From: Opitutales bacterium | GTDB lineage: Bacteria; Verrucomicrobiota; Verrucomicrobiia; Opitutales; T3Sed10-336 | Assembly: GCA_007130045.1 (NCBI GenBank) | Contig: SLTG01000094.1 | Span: 590-64,589 of the forward strand | Direction of reading: 5' to 3' | DNA: 64,000 bases | Shown here: positions 40,462 through 50,587 of the stretch, in pieces | Position numbering within the stretch: position 1 is the first letter of the stretch | How the letters are laid out: every line of letters starts with the position of its first letter | Position numbers and translations under genes: made by a program | Notes under the pieces: model-generated | Told to the model about the DNA's origin: nothing | Databases searched by the model: none | What the model saw: the letters and a program-made list of their open reading frames with translations, nothing else

Positions 40462-41016
40462 ATGGTTCATCAGGAAGTCACATTGATCCGGGATTGCCCG
40501 GCCACCCTCATTCCGGCGGGAGACGCGGTCACGCTGCCGGAGGGATCGAGGGTTTTCGTATCCCAGGCGCTCGGAGGAACGGTCACCGTCCGCGCGGATT
40601 CCGGGCTTTTTCGTATCGCTGGAAGCGATATCGACGCACTCGGCAAGGAGGCGGTTGACCAGCTTCGGCACGACGAAAACGTCGATGCCGGGGAGACCGG
40701 CGAATTCTCCGAAGCCCTTCTCTGGGACAGCTTGAAGACTTGCTTCGACCCGGAGATTCCCATTAACATAGTCGATCTCGGGCTGATTTACGATCTCCAG
40801 TCGAGGGAGGGGGAAAACGGGAAGTATTCGGTCGATGTGAAGATGACCCTCACCGCGCGGGGATGCGGAATGGGGCCGGTCATTGCCGACGACGCCCGCG
40901 CAAAGCTCGAAAGCCTTCCCCAGGTCGAATCCGCGAAAGTGGACATCGTTTGGGATCCCGTCTGGACCCCGCAGATGATCTCGCCCGAGGGCCGGAAAAA
41001 ACTGGGGATCGAGTAG
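40462..41016 (+). CDS. sufT: SufT-like Fe-S assembly protein (DUF59/MIP18 domain)
   Basis: The N-terminal beta domain reads VTLIRDCPATLIPAGDAVTLPEGSRVFV. The DUF59 core is present (LKTCFDPEIPINIVDLGLIYD...MTLTARGCGMGP). Confidence 0.7.
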   Translation: MVHQEVTLIRDCPATLIPAGDAVTLPEGSRVFVSQALGGTVTVRADSGLFRIAGSDIDALGKEAVDQLRHDENVDAGETGEFSEALLWDSLKTCFDPEIPINIVDLGLIYDLQSREGENGKYSVDVKMTLTARGCGMGPVIADDARAKLESLPQVESAKVDIVWDPVWTPQMISPEGRKKLGIE

Positions 41017-41122
41017 GCTGAGAAGGACAGTCTCTCCCGTGCGCCCGGACGGAAATCCGGCATAAGTTAGACGCTGGAATTTAAACTTGCCAGCAAAGAA
41101 CCCTTCTGTTCCTGATTCCCGG

Positions 41123-41869
41123 ATGGATTTAACCTTCCAGAATCGCACCGCGCTCGTCACCGGGGCTGGCCGGGGCATCGGAAAAGCGATCGCTGAAACC
41201 CTTGCGGCCGGCGGCGTCAACGTGATCTGCGTCAGCAAGTCGGAAAAGAACTGCGAAGCGGTGGCGGCCGGGATTCGTGACAGGGGCGGAATGGCCTCCG
41301 CCCGGGTGGTGGACGTTTCGGACGGAAAAGCCGTGGCCGAAGCCGCGGCCGAGCTGCTCGCCGAGCACGAGACGATAGATATCCTCGTCAACAATGCGGG
41401 AATCACCCGTGACGGCTTGATGCTGCGCATGAAGGACGAGGATTGGCACGATGTGATCAACACCAACCTGTCGAGTTGCTTTTACTGGATCAAAGGCGTG
41501 GTTCGGCCGATGACCCGCAAGCGGTGGGGGCGCGTCGTCAATATTTCTTCCGTGGTCGGCCTGATGGGCAATCCGGGGCAACTCAACTACTGTGCGGCGA
41601 AAGCCGGCATGCTCGGGCTGACAAAGAGCCTCGCGAAGGAACTCGCCAGCCGTTCGGTGACCTGCAACGCGGTGGCCCCCGGATTTATCCGGACGGATAT
41701 GACTTCGGAACTCGACGAGGAAGTCAGCAGGGAAATCACGAGCCGCGTTCCGTTGAAACGTCTCGGCGAGCCCGAAGACATCGCCCGGATGACAGCCTAC
41801 CTGTGCTCGGAAGAGGCGGGATATATCACAGGGCAGGTTTTTACCGTTGACGGCGGGCTGCTCATGTGA
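41123..41869 (+). CDS. fabG: 3-oxoacyl-ACP reductase
   Basis: It contains TGAGRGIG, NNAGITRD and the YCAAKAG catalytic motif. It lies upstream of acpP. Confidence 0.9.
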   Translation: MDLTFQNRTALVTGAGRGIGKAIAETLAAGGVNVICVSKSEKNCEAVAAGIRDRGGMASARVVDVSDGKAVAEAAAELLAEHETIDILVNNAGITRDGLMLRMKDEDWHDVINTNLSSCFYWIKGVVRPMTRKRWGRVVNISSVVGLMGNPGQLNYCAAKAGMLGLTKSLAKELASRSVTCNAVAPGFIRTDMTSELDEEVSREITSRVPLKRLGEPEDIARMTAYLCSEEAGYITGQVFTVDGGLLM

Positions 41870-41907
41870 TCCTAAGAAATGCTTAACCTTTTATCTGGAC
41901 AGAAATT

Positions 41908-42174
41908 ATGGCAGACTCAAAAACCATCGAACAGCGTGTAAAAGAGATCATCGTTAACCAACTGAACGTTAACGAAGATCAGGTCACTCCGGATGCTTCA
42001 TTCCTGGACGATCTCGGAGCGGACTCTCTTGACACGGTGGAACTTATTATGGCCTTCGAGGAGGAATTCAAGGACGAGATCAAGGGGGAAATCCCTGAAT
42101 CGGACGCGGAAAAACTCCAAACCGTAAAAGACGTCATCGGCTACATCGAAGAAAAGATGTCGGCGTCCTCGTAA
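41908..42174 (+). CDS. acpP: acyl carrier protein
   Basis: The phosphopantetheine site [19 protein letters not shown] is present. Confidence 0.95.
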   Translation: MADSKTIEQRVKEIIVNQLNVNEDQVTPDASFLDDLGADSLDTVELIMAFEEEFKDEIKGEIPESDAEKLQTVKDVIGYIEEKMSASS

Positions 42175-42190
42175 GCCCGGCGACGCGGTC

Positions 42191-42230
42191 TGTTTCCCGG
42201 GCGGGCTCTATCCGATTGTTTCCCGGGCGG
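42191..42230 (+). repeat. 14-nt direct repeat TGTTTCCCGGGCGG present twice (42191-42204 and 42217-42230) in the acpP-fabF spacer
   Basis: I read it directly in the sequence. Each copy contains the CCCGGG palindrome. Confidence 0.7.
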
Positions 42231-42261
42231 CGTGCGTGCGTTTTCACGGTTTCCCGATCTC

Positions 42262-43518
42262 ATGCCTGATCATTCCGAAGTTCCCAGGGTTGTCGTTACC
42301 GGGATCGGTGTCATTACCGCCTGCGGCGGCAATACAGGCGCCTTTTTCGAAAACCTGCTGGCCGGCAGGAGCGGCATCGACCACGTCACCGCGTTTGACG
42401 TGTCGGACATTCCTTCGAAAATCGGCGCCGAAATCAAAGATTTCGACCCGTTGGCCTATATGGACTCGAAGGAAGCCCGCCGAAACGACCGCTACACTCA
42501 AATGGCGATCGGCGCGAGCCGCCAGGCGATTGAAGACGCGGGACTCGACATGAAGAACGTCGATTCCGCGCGGTGCGGGGTGCTGGTGGGGTCGGGGATC
42601 GGCGGGATGTGGACGATTGAAAACCAGTCCCGAATTCTGTTCGAGAAAGGTCCGCGGAAGGTGTCCCCGTTCATGATTCCTTCCCTGATAGCGAACATCG
42701 CCAGTGGCAAAATCGCGATCGACCTGGGCGCACGCGGGCCGAATTTTTCGATCGTCAGCGCCTGCGCCACCTCGACCCACGCCCTGGGCGAATCGCTGCG
42801 CATTATGCGGACCGGGGACGCCGACGTGATGATCGCCGGCGGCAGTGAAGCTGCGATGACCCGTCTCGGATACGCCGGGTTCTGCGCGATGAAGGCGATG
42901 AGCACGCGGAATGACGAGCCCGCCCGCGCCAGCCGTCCATTTGAAAAGAACCGCGACGGATTCATTATGGGGGAGGGGGCCGGCATCTTGATCCTGGAAA
43001 CCCTGGAACACGCCCGTGCCCGCGGCGCCCGGATCTACTGTGAACTCGCGGGCTATGCGGCCACCTGCGACGCCTTTCACATTACCCAGCCCGACACCGA
43101 GGCGATCGGCCTGACCGAGTGTATCCGGAAGGCTTTCGACAATGCGGGAGTCGAGGCCGGCGACGTCGATTACATCAACGCTCACGGGACTTCGACGCAG
43201 TTTAACGACAAGTGCGAGACCCTGGCGATCAAAAACACGTTCGGAAAACACTCGCGAAACGTCATGGTGGGATCCACCAAGTCGATGACCGGCCACCTTC
43301 TTGGCGCGGCCGGTGGCATCGAGGCGGCGGTTTGCGCGAAGGTGATCGAGACAGGGGAGGTACCGCCCACGATCAATTACGACGAGCCGGACCCGGAGCT
43401 CGATTTGGACTTTATTCCGAACGTCAAGCGCACGGCGAAGGTTAAGGTGGCGATGAGCAATAATTCCGGGTTTGGCGGGCACAATGCCTCGCTCATTCTC
43501 AAGGCATTCGAGGATTGA
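42262..43518 (+). CDS. fabF: beta-ketoacyl-ACP synthase II
   Basis: It has the active-site Cys (SACATSTHA), the two His motifs (HITQP... / NAHGTSTQ) and the C-terminal NSGFGGHNASL. Confidence 0.92.
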   Translation: MPDHSEVPRVVVTGIGVITACGGNTGAFFENLLAGRSGIDHVTAFDVSDIPSKIGAEIKDFDPLAYMDSKEARRNDRYTQMAIGASRQAIEDAGLDMKNVDSARCGVLVGSGIGGMWTIENQSRILFEKGPRKVSPFMIPSLIANIASGKIAIDLGARGPNFSIVSACATSTHALGESLRIMRTGDADVMIAGGSEAAMTRLGYAGFCAMKAMSTRNDEPARASRPFEKNRDGFIMGEGAGILILETLEHARARGARIYCELAGYAATCDAFHITQPDTEAIGLTECIRKAFDNAGVEAGDVDYINAHGTSTQFNDKCETLAIKNTFGKHSRNVMVGSTKSMTGHLLGAAGGIEAAVCAKVIETGEVPPTINYDEPDPELDLDFIPNVKRTAKVKVAMSNNSGFGGHNASLILKAFED

Positions 43519-43730
43519 ACGGACTCAATTCGGTTCTCCTTTGGGATTTCCGGAGAAGGACCGATGTTGCGTGAGCTGGAGAATGGAGTTTATTCCGTTC
43601 CGAGCCGGCGTTTCGCGTGAGGCGGAGATCCGGTCGCCGTCCCTTCGTGCTCCGAAAAGCCCGTCTTCCGGTATCAATATGAACTTTTCTCTTTGAAATT
43701 GTCGTTGATTTCTATTTTGTTCTCTTTCAA

Positions 43731-44003
43731 ATGAGTAAGATTCATTTGACCGTCTATTTTTCCGGACGTGTTCAAGGAGTCGGATTCCGGTATCAGGCGC
43801 GTGAAATCGCCAAGGGATTCGATGTCACCGGGTACGTACGGAATCTGTCCGATGGGCGGGTCCTTTTGGAGGCGGAGGGAAAGGAAAACGAAGCAGACGC
43901 ATTTCTCGCCGATATCAACGATAAGCTGAACGCGTACATCAGGAATATTGAGACGACCAGGTCGTCGGAGTTGCAGGGGTTCAGCGATTTTTCCATTCGA
44001 TAA
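43731..44003 (+). CDS. acyP: acylphosphatase
   Basis: The motifs GRVQGVGFRY and GYVRNLSDGRV are present. The length is 90 aa. Confidence 0.85.
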   Translation: MSKIHLTVYFSGRVQGVGFRYQAREIAKGFDVTGYVRNLSDGRVLLEAEGKENEADAFLADINDKLNAYIRNIETTRSSELQGFSDFSIR

Positions 44004-44013
44004 AACCAACACG

Positions 44014-44949
44014 ATGATTTCCGCTATCAAGATAGAACACCTCACCAAGGACTTTCCCTTGGGATTTGGACACTTAAAACTGAGAGCTGTGGACGACCTT
44101 TCCCTGGAGATCGCCGACAATCAGGTCTTCGCGTTGCTGGGGCCGAACGGTTCGGGCAAGAGCACGACGATCAAGATCATTCTCGGGCTGCTTGCGCCGA
44201 CGAGCGGGAATTGCCGGATATTCAGCACACCCAGCGGCGATGTTTCCTCCCGCAGGGACGTCGGCTTCCTTCCGGAGGCGCCGTATTTCTACCGTTATCT
44301 TACCGGATTCGAACTCGTTCACTTTTTCGGACGAATCTGCCAGGTTGAGAAATCGAAGCTGAAGGACCGTGTCGAGGAAGTGATCGAGTGGGTGGGGTTG
44401 AAGGAGGCCGCCCACCGCCGCGTCGGAACCTATTCCAAGGGAATGCTCCAGCGGATTGGACTCGCGCAGGCGCTCGTGCACGACCCGAAGCTGGTGATCC
44501 TCGACGAACCCACCGCCGGAGTGGACCCCGTCGGGTCCGCGGAGATTTCAGCGCTTATCCTCAAATTGAAAGACCAGGGGAAAACGATCATACTTTGCTC
44601 CCATTTGCTCGGCCAGGTCGAGGACATTTGCGATCGAATCGCCATTCTCAATCGCGGAGAATTGATACTTGAGGGAGAGCTCAAGGATCTTGTGAGCAAG
44701 AAGGATTTGAAGTCGATTCTCGTCCAGAACTACCGGGATGACTTCAACGATGAGCTTTCCGGATGGCTCCGGGCCAGGGAGGCGCGAATGGTGGGGGTGG
44801 AACAGCCCCAGTACAGTCTGGACCGCGTGTTTCTCGAACATGTCGGACGGTCGGAGCTCGCCCGCGAAAACCTTTCCGAGCGCGCCGAGGCCGCGATGGA
44901 GCATAAGCCCGCTTCCGGTAAAGACTCCGACAAGGAGAAGACGCCATGA
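44014..44949 (+). CDS. ABC transporter ATP-binding protein (ABC-2 exporter type) with a C-terminal extension
   Basis: It has Walker A (GPNGSGKST), the signature motif (YSKGMLQRIGLAQAL) and Walker B (ILDEPTAGVD). Confidence 0.88.
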   Translation: MISAIKIEHLTKDFPLGFGHLKLRAVDDLSLEIADNQVFALLGPNGSGKSTTIKIILGLLAPTSGNCRIFSTPSGDVSSRRDVGFLPEAPYFYRYLTGFELVHFFGRICQVEKSKLKDRVEEVIEWVGLKEAAHRRVGTYSKGMLQRIGLAQALVHDPKLVILDEPTAGVDPVGSAEISALILKLKDQGKTIILCSHLLGQVEDICDRIAILNRGELILEGELKDLVSKKDLKSILVQNYRDDFNDELSGWLRAREARMVGVEQPQYSLDRVFLEHVGRSELARENLSERAEAAMEHKPASGKDSDKEKTP

Positions 44950-45782
44950 ATAAAGTCATTTTTTCCCCCTCACGGATCTTCATCATTGCGAAGAATACGT
45001 TCCTCGAAGCCGTCAGGCAGAAGTTCTTCAGCTTTCTGGTCGTCATCGCACTGGGAATCATTCTCAGTTCGCAGGTCTTCCGTGATTTCAACTTCGGTGC
45101 TCCCGAACTGAAGTTTATCGCCGACTTTGGATTCGGAGCGATCGTTCTGTTCGGATCGGTACTGGCAATCGTGGCGACCGCGCAGTTGTTCTTCAGCGAA
45201 ATCGAAAACAAAACCGCGATCACGATTCTGGCGAAACCGATTTTCCGATCCGAATTCATCTTTGGGAAATTCCTCGGGGTGTCGCTGCTGTTGCTCGTTT
45301 TCACCGCCATGATGACGATCATCCTTACCGTGCTGCTTTTCTGGCGGGAAGGCACGATCATGAGGCTGCATCCCGACGCATTCGTCGAGGGTCGGATTGT
45401 GGCGTACGCGGACGTCTTTCTATACGGGATTGTGCAGTGGCTGAAGTTTTCCATTCTTTGCACGATCACCATGGTGATCGCGAGTTTCTCCAACACCAAT
45501 TTGTACTCGGTGATTCTTTCATTCGTTATCCTGCTGATCTGCCATCTCCAATACCTTGCCCGGGACGCCTGGACGGAGATCGATTTCGTTCCCGTGCAAA
45601 TCGCGGTATTCATGCTCTCGGCGATCTTTCCAAATTTTCAGCTATTCAACATCGGGGACCAGATCGCTTTGGGCGAATCGATCCCGTTTGACATGGGCGC
45701 GCGCATTGTTGGCTACGCGCTGATCTACATCCTCGTTTTCAATCTGCTGGCGGTTTTCAGTTTCCGTAACCGGGAGATTTGA
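44946..45782 (+). CDS. ABC-2 family permease (NosY-like)
   Basis: It has a 4-nt overlap with the ATPase gene. There are 6 TM helices. The N-terminus IAKNTFLEAVRQKFF and the segment EIENKTAITILAKP are typical of this family. Confidence 0.7.
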   Translation: MNKVIFSPSRIFIIAKNTFLEAVRQKFFSFLVVIALGIILSSQVFRDFNFGAPELKFIADFGFGAIVLFGSVLAIVATAQLFFSEIENKTAITILAKPIFRSEFIFGKFLGVSLLLLVFTAMMTIILTVLLFWREGTIMRLHPDAFVEGRIVAYADVFLYGIVQWLKFSILCTITMVIASFSNTNLYSVILSFVILLICHLQYLARDAWTEIDFVPVQIAVFMLSAIFPNFQLFNIGDQIALGESIPFDMGARIVGYALIYILVFNLLAVFSFRNREI

Positions 45783-45859
45783 CTTCCTTCAATCACGGAC
45801 TTTGCTATGCCGAATTTACCGATCATGCATTTGCCTCGTGTCGACGACCGATACCGCGT

Positions 45860-46642
45860 ATGAACTGGAAGGCTATAATCGTCGTCATTGTTTCCCTGTT
45901 CTTTGTCGGGCTTGCGCTGCGACCGATCGAGGGACCCGCATGGAATGAACTTAAGGAACGGGAGCCCGCCTTGCGGCTCGCCGACCTTGAAGCCGCACTC
46001 GGGCAGGGAGTAACCATTGGCCTGCTCGGAGGGTTTCGCGCGGTTGTCGCCGACCTGTTGTGGATCCGTACCAACGTGATCTGGGAAGAACAGGACGCCG
46101 CTGTTATACCCACTATGGAAACGATGATTCGGCTGGTCACTACGATCGACCCGCGACCGGTTTATTTCTGGCTCAACGGCTCCCGGATCATCGCATACGA
46201 TATGGCCGCCTGGCGCGTCCGCGAAGCGGGGGATTACGGAAATATTCCGGAGACCGCCGTGCAGCGTTACCATGACGAACAGGCGGAAACCGGGATCCGG
46301 CTCCTCGAAAGAGGGCGAGAGTATCACCCCGACAGCCCGGAACTGGTTGTCGATATCGCTAATATCTACCTCCGCCGAATGGAAAATCGGGAAATGGCGG
46401 CCGAGTATTACAGAATCGGGGCCGAAATGGAAAACGCTCCTCCCTTCGTCGCCCGAATTTACGCCGAGATTCTTCGTCAGATGGGCGAAAATCGGCGGGC
46501 ATATGATTGGCTGGTGGACCTGTATCCGACCCTTGATCCCGCAAACCCGCGGGATCAGCGTGATCGCGTCCTGGGCCGCATCCGCGAGCTGGAAGACGTT
46601 CTGGAGATTCCCGCCACGCAGCGGTTCCGTCCGGAATTCTGA
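45860..46642 (+). CDS. hypothetical membrane-anchored helical-repeat (TPR-like) protein
   Basis: It has an N-terminal TM helix (AIIVVIVSLFFVGLAL) and a second hydrophobic segment. A helical, TPR-like C-terminal part follows (ANIYLRRMENREMAAEYYRIGAEM...). I recognise no family. It lies directly behind the ABC-2 pair. Confidence 0.5.
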   Translation: MNWKAIIVVIVSLFFVGLALRPIEGPAWNELKEREPALRLADLEAALGQGVTIGLLGGFRAVVADLLWIRTNVIWEEQDAAVIPTMETMIRLVTTIDPRPVYFWLNGSRIIAYDMAAWRVREAGDYGNIPETAVQRYHDEQAETGIRLLERGREYHPDSPELVVDIANIYLRRMENREMAAEYYRIGAEMENAPPFVARIYAEILRQMGENRRAYDWLVDLYPTLDPANPRDQRDRVLGRIRELEDVLEIPATQRFRPEF

Positions 46643-46931
46643 CTTCGACAGGCGAGATCCGTATTCCCGCTCCCCGTTTATGCGGATCAATTTCGATTCC
46701 AACGACTCACGCCAACGATTCGACCGTTCCGCGAGTCGATGCTTTTGCGGGTATCGCCACAGGGTGAGCCAGGTCCGGACCCCGGACCCTCTTCCCCGAA
46801 CGACCGCTTGCCACTTTCCGGTGATCGATTCAGGGTAAGACAGGAGCATTTTAATCTAATAAATCGCCTGATTCATTCGTTGTCCTCTTTGAAAGGACGC
46901 GAAGATTTAACGTCCACCTGAAATTCAACTC

Positions 46932-47456
46932 ATGGACCATGACAAGACGAAGGAGGATGCCGAATGGATGCGGTCGCTCGTCGAGCTCCATTCACCCGCG
47001 CTGGTCCGTTATGCCGCGTCGATCATTCGGGACGGCGACGGGGCCCGAGACGTGGTCCAGGAAACCTTTGTCCGCCTCTGGCGCGAACCGCGCGCGAGCG
47101 TTGAAAAACACGTGGTGCCGTGGATGTTTCGCGTATGCCGCCACCGCGCTCTGGACCGACTGCGAAAGGAGGGCCGGATGAACTCTTTCGATGCCTACCC
47201 GGCGGTCGCGGATTCAGACAACGGCCAATTGAATCCGGACGCACTGGTCGAGGTCCGCGACTCCTACGCCCGCGTCCTTGAGCTCATGGAGGATCTTCCG
47301 GAAAACCAGCGGGAAGTTGTCAGGCTGAAATTCCAGACGGGTCTCAGTTACAAGGAAATCTCCGCGGTCACCGACCTGACGGTGACCAACGTCGGATTTC
47401 TGCTCCATACCGCATTAAAAACGCTCCGCAACCGCCTGGCCATGGCCGGGGAATGA
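46932..47456 (+). CDS. ECF-type RNA polymerase sigma factor
   Basis: Region 2 is present ([14 protein letters not shown]...[15 protein letters not shown]). The region 4 HTH is present ([29 protein letters not shown]). Confidence 0.88.
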   Translation: MDHDKTKEDAEWMRSLVELHSPALVRYAASIIRDGDGARDVVQETFVRLWREPRASVEKHVVPWMFRVCRHRALDRLRKEGRMNSFDAYPAVADSDNGQLNPDALVEVRDSYARVLELMEDLPENQREVVRLKFQTGLSYKEISAVTDLTVTNVGFLLHTALKTLRNRLAMAGE

Positions 47457-47480
47457 ACACGCACTCCGTCTATCAGCATA

Positions 47481-48443
47481 ATGAGAATTTCACCCGATGA
47501 TCCAATCCTGACCGCATACGCGCTCGGCGAGATCGAGGACGACGACCTGGCGAACGAAATCGAACAAGCCGTGGCGGAATCCGCCGGGCTACGCGAGACC
47601 GTGGAGGCGATCCGTGCGACGAGCGCCGCCCTTGAGGGGGCGCTGGCCGCCGAGACGATTGGCGAACGGAGCGAGAATATCACCCCCTTTTTTTTGGAGA
47701 AGTCCTCTGAACCCAACACCGGCGCCAATGGGTTCCGGAAGTTCGTGTCCTGGCCATGGATAACAGCCGCGGCAGCCGCCGCCGTATTCGGTTTCGCCGC
47801 GATCGCAGGATTCATATCCATTATCGACTGGGAAAGGAGGGGCCACCTCGCGCAGGATTCTTCTCCGGAGGAATCCGCGAAAACCCCGGTGATGATGGCC
47901 GGAAGGACGGAGAGCGATGCGGAAACCACGCCCGTCCGCGAACAACCCGTCGCGCGTCGATTCGGTGAGTTTTCCGATCCGGTGCCGTTGCCCACTGCGG
48001 ATGCGGCGGGGTCGTTAGGCGACACAGTGCGGCCCGATTTACGCGGCAGGGCGGCCTCCGCGCGTTCCGGCGAGGGCCGTCCGGATTCAGGAGTCGATGC
48101 GATCCCGCCGTCGCGGCTTTCGCCGCAATACGACGCGCCGGCAGGGGAGGAGCGTCTCCCGGCGTACAGGATCGATCCCCAAACCGTGGAGCGCCGGTCC
48201 CTCTTCAGTATGGACGAATTCCGCCGTGAATACACCGAATCCTCAATCCAGCCGCTTCTCGACGAACTTCGCGCGAAATTCGACGACCGCTTCGCGATGC
48301 CCGGCAGCAAGGCGCCGGATACCGAACAACGGCTCCTGATGAACCTCGCAACCGAAGTCCTCGAACTCCGTTCCGAAGTCAGGAAACTCAAGGAGGAACT
48401 TGCCCGCCTCAACGAACCGGCGGGCGAATATCGACCTGATTGA
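47481..48443 (+). CDS. anti-sigma factor (single TM helix, extracytoplasmic low-complexity domain)
   Basis: It lies immediately downstream of the ECF sigma gene. The N-terminal helix DPILTAYALGEIEDDD is typical of this class. The TM helix is WITAAAAAAVFGFAAIAGFISII. Confidence 0.6.
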   Translation: MRISPDDPILTAYALGEIEDDDLANEIEQAVAESAGLRETVEAIRATSAALEGALAAETIGERSENITPFFLEKSSEPNTGANGFRKFVSWPWITAAAAAAVFGFAAIAGFISIIDWERRGHLAQDSSPEESAKTPVMMAGRTESDAETTPVREQPVARRFGEFSDPVPLPTADAAGSLGDTVRPDLRGRAASARSGEGRPDSGVDAIPPSRLSPQYDAPAGEERLPAYRIDPQTVERRSLFSMDEFRREYTESSIQPLLDELRAKFDDRFAMPGSKAPDTEQRLLMNLATEVLELRSEVRKLKEELARLNEPAGEYRPD

Positions 48444-48736
48444 AGTGCGACTTGCGGCATTCGACATCGCCGCGTCGCATTCGTGTCCTTGAAGGAGTGA
48501 GAATTACCGGGTGGGAATTGACTTCATCCGGATGCGGTATCAGTCTTGCCGGACTTGAATTCCACAGATGATTAAACCTTCGGCCTCCTTTTTATCCGCG
48601 TTGACAGGATGTTTATGAGATTGACTGAGATGCCGGTCACCTCACCCGGCGAATGAATGCAGGTTCACCACTCTTCCTTTCGTACCTTTCCTTGATCGAA
48701 TAGCGAATCCTGAACCGGCTTTACGAGGTATATAGT

Positions 48737-49846
48737 ATGAGTTCTTCCGACATTAATCGTTTGACGCGCCGGCAAATGCTCAAGACCGGTGCCGGCGCAC
48801 TGGCGGTCGGGCTGGCATCGCCGAGGACGCTTTTCGCCGGAACATCTCCGGGGCGAACTCATCGTGTCGGCCTGCTCGGTGCCGCGCACGTTCACCTTGA
48901 GCGGTACGCCCGGTTCCTGAGGGACGCTGAAGGGATCGACGTGACGTCGGTTTACGACGACACCCCGGAAATCGCCCGGCTCGCCGCCGAGATTACCGGC
49001 GGGGCGCTCGCGGAATCGATGGAGGACCTTCTCGCCGGCGACCTCGATGCGGTCGTGGTTCTGTCGGAGAATATTAAACACAAGGATTACGCGATCGCCG
49101 CCGCCCAAAGCGGTCGTCACCTCTTTGTGGAAAAACCTCTGGACATCGACGGAGATCGGGCGGACCGGATCGCCGCCGCCGTCCGGAAGGCAGGGGTGCT
49201 TTTCCAGACCGGTTACTTCATGCGGAGCATGGCTCAGATGCGGTTTCTCCGGGAGGTGGTCCGCGAAGGCAAGTTCGGCAAGGTTACGCGCATCCGCCTG
49301 CAATACGCCCATGGAGGCTCTCTGACCGGAATGTGGGACGGTCACCATGCCTGGATGATCGACCGGGACCAGGTCGGACGGGGTGCCTTGGGCGATCTCG
49401 GAATCCACATTCTGAATGTCCTCTTATGGATGACCGAGGGCGATCCCATCGAAGATCTTTCCGCCTATGTGGGGAACGCCACCGGTCGAACCAACGGGAT
49501 CGATGAATACGGGGAAGCCGTGATCCGGTTCAAATCGGGGCTGGTGGCTACCCTTGGATCCGGGTACGTGGACAGAAATGATGTAAACCGCATCGAAATT
49601 TCCGGAACCGAGGGCCACGCCTATCTGAACCGCGGCCGGATGTTCCTATCATGCGCCGCGATCACGGGCGTCGACCGAGAGACCTACTGGAGCGATTTCC
49701 CCGATTCTCTCGATCATCCCTTTTCCCTCTTCCTGTCCGCCCTTCGGGGAAACGGGGATTCTCTGATTTCCGTTGAGGAGGCGGCAAGGGATGTCCGCGT
49801 CATGGACCGGATCTATCGCGCTGTGAATGCGGACTCCGAGGTGTGA
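48737..49846 (+). CDS. Gfo/Idh/MocA-family oxidoreductase with a Tat signal
   Basis: A twin-arginine signal is present (LTRRQMLKTGAGALAVGLASP). A Rossmann N-terminal domain follows (VGLLGAAHVH...) and the typical EKP motif is present (LFVEKPL). Confidence 0.8.
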   Translation: MSSSDINRLTRRQMLKTGAGALAVGLASPRTLFAGTSPGRTHRVGLLGAAHVHLERYARFLRDAEGIDVTSVYDDTPEIARLAAEITGGALAESMEDLLAGDLDAVVVLSENIKHKDYAIAAAQSGRHLFVEKPLDIDGDRADRIAAAVRKAGVLFQTGYFMRSMAQMRFLREVVREGKFGKVTRIRLQYAHGGSLTGMWDGHHAWMIDRDQVGRGALGDLGIHILNVLLWMTEGDPIEDLSAYVGNATGRTNGIDEYGEAVIRFKSGLVATLGSGYVDRNDVNRIEISGTEGHAYLNRGRMFLSCAAITGVDRETYWSDFPDSLDHPFSLFLSALRGNGDSLISVEEAARDVRVMDRIYRAVNADSEV

Positions 49847-49986
49847 TCGGATCGGAGCCAGGATCCCTAATGGACCTGATTATAATGCCTTTCAAACCAC
49901 CCGGCATCGATTTTATGATTGCAGCCGAATCATGTACCGGACTAATCGATAGCGGGACCATCAACGCCGGCCGTTAAACCACCCAC

Positions 49987-50538
49987 GTGTCAATGACAGA
50001 TACTGAAACCTCATCACAACAAGTCCACGGAGACGGAGCCGCCAGCTGCCTCGGCTCGATTCTGGCGCTCCTTTTGCTTCGGCTCTGGCTCGGCATTCGC
50101 TCGCTGCAGGAGGGAGTGGAGAAGTTCGCGGGCATGAAAGCCACCGAGGAAGCTGTGGAAATCGACGGAGAAGTCAACGAATACGGTTTGGTGGATACGG
50201 CTACCGAAAAGGTGTACGGCTTGAGCCATTTTCAGAGCGTGCCCGAAGGGATGTACGACAGACTTCTGGCCGAGCCGCTGATGCCGGCGTTTGGCCTGGC
50301 CATCTACGACAAGCTTCTCGGGCCGCTTTTGATTATCCTGGGCCTGACCGTTCTGCTGGGAATCGCGCTGCGGTTCTCCCTCTTCGCGATGGGACTGGTC
50401 TACACCAGTCTGACCTTCGGACTGATCTTGCTCGGGCAGGACGCGGGCATCGCCTGGCTGGGCATCCACATTCTGCTGATCGTCGCCGCCCTGCTTCACG
50501 TGCGGCACAATAGGTTCAGCGTCATGAAATCGTTCTAG
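49987..50538 (+). CDS. hypothetical DoxX/DoxD-like membrane protein with an enlarged first loop
   Basis: There are 4 hydrophobic helices (LGSILALLLLRLWLGIRSLQEGVEKF..., LLIILGLTVLLGIAL, FAMGLVYTSLTFGLILL, GIHILLIVAALL). The family assignment is tentative. Confidence 0.45.
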   Translation: MSMTDTETSSQQVHGDGAASCLGSILALLLLRLWLGIRSLQEGVEKFAGMKATEEAVEIDGEVNEYGLVDTATEKVYGLSHFQSVPEGMYDRLLAEPLMPAFGLAIYDKLLGPLLIILGLTVLLGIALRFSLFAMGLVYTSLTFGLILLGQDAGIAWLGIHILLIVAALLHVRHNRFSVMKSF

Positions 50539-50587
50539 AAGTATCACGAAAAACTTGACACCGGCTCGCAACAAGCGACCTTCGCAC

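Noticed and set aside
46760-46790. CCAGGTCCGGACCCCGGACC, reminiscent of the SRP RNA domain IV sequence CAGGTCCGGAAGGAAGC.
   Set aside because: It lacks the GGAA tetraloop and the symmetric-loop sequence, and I could not find a flanking helix 5 pairing.
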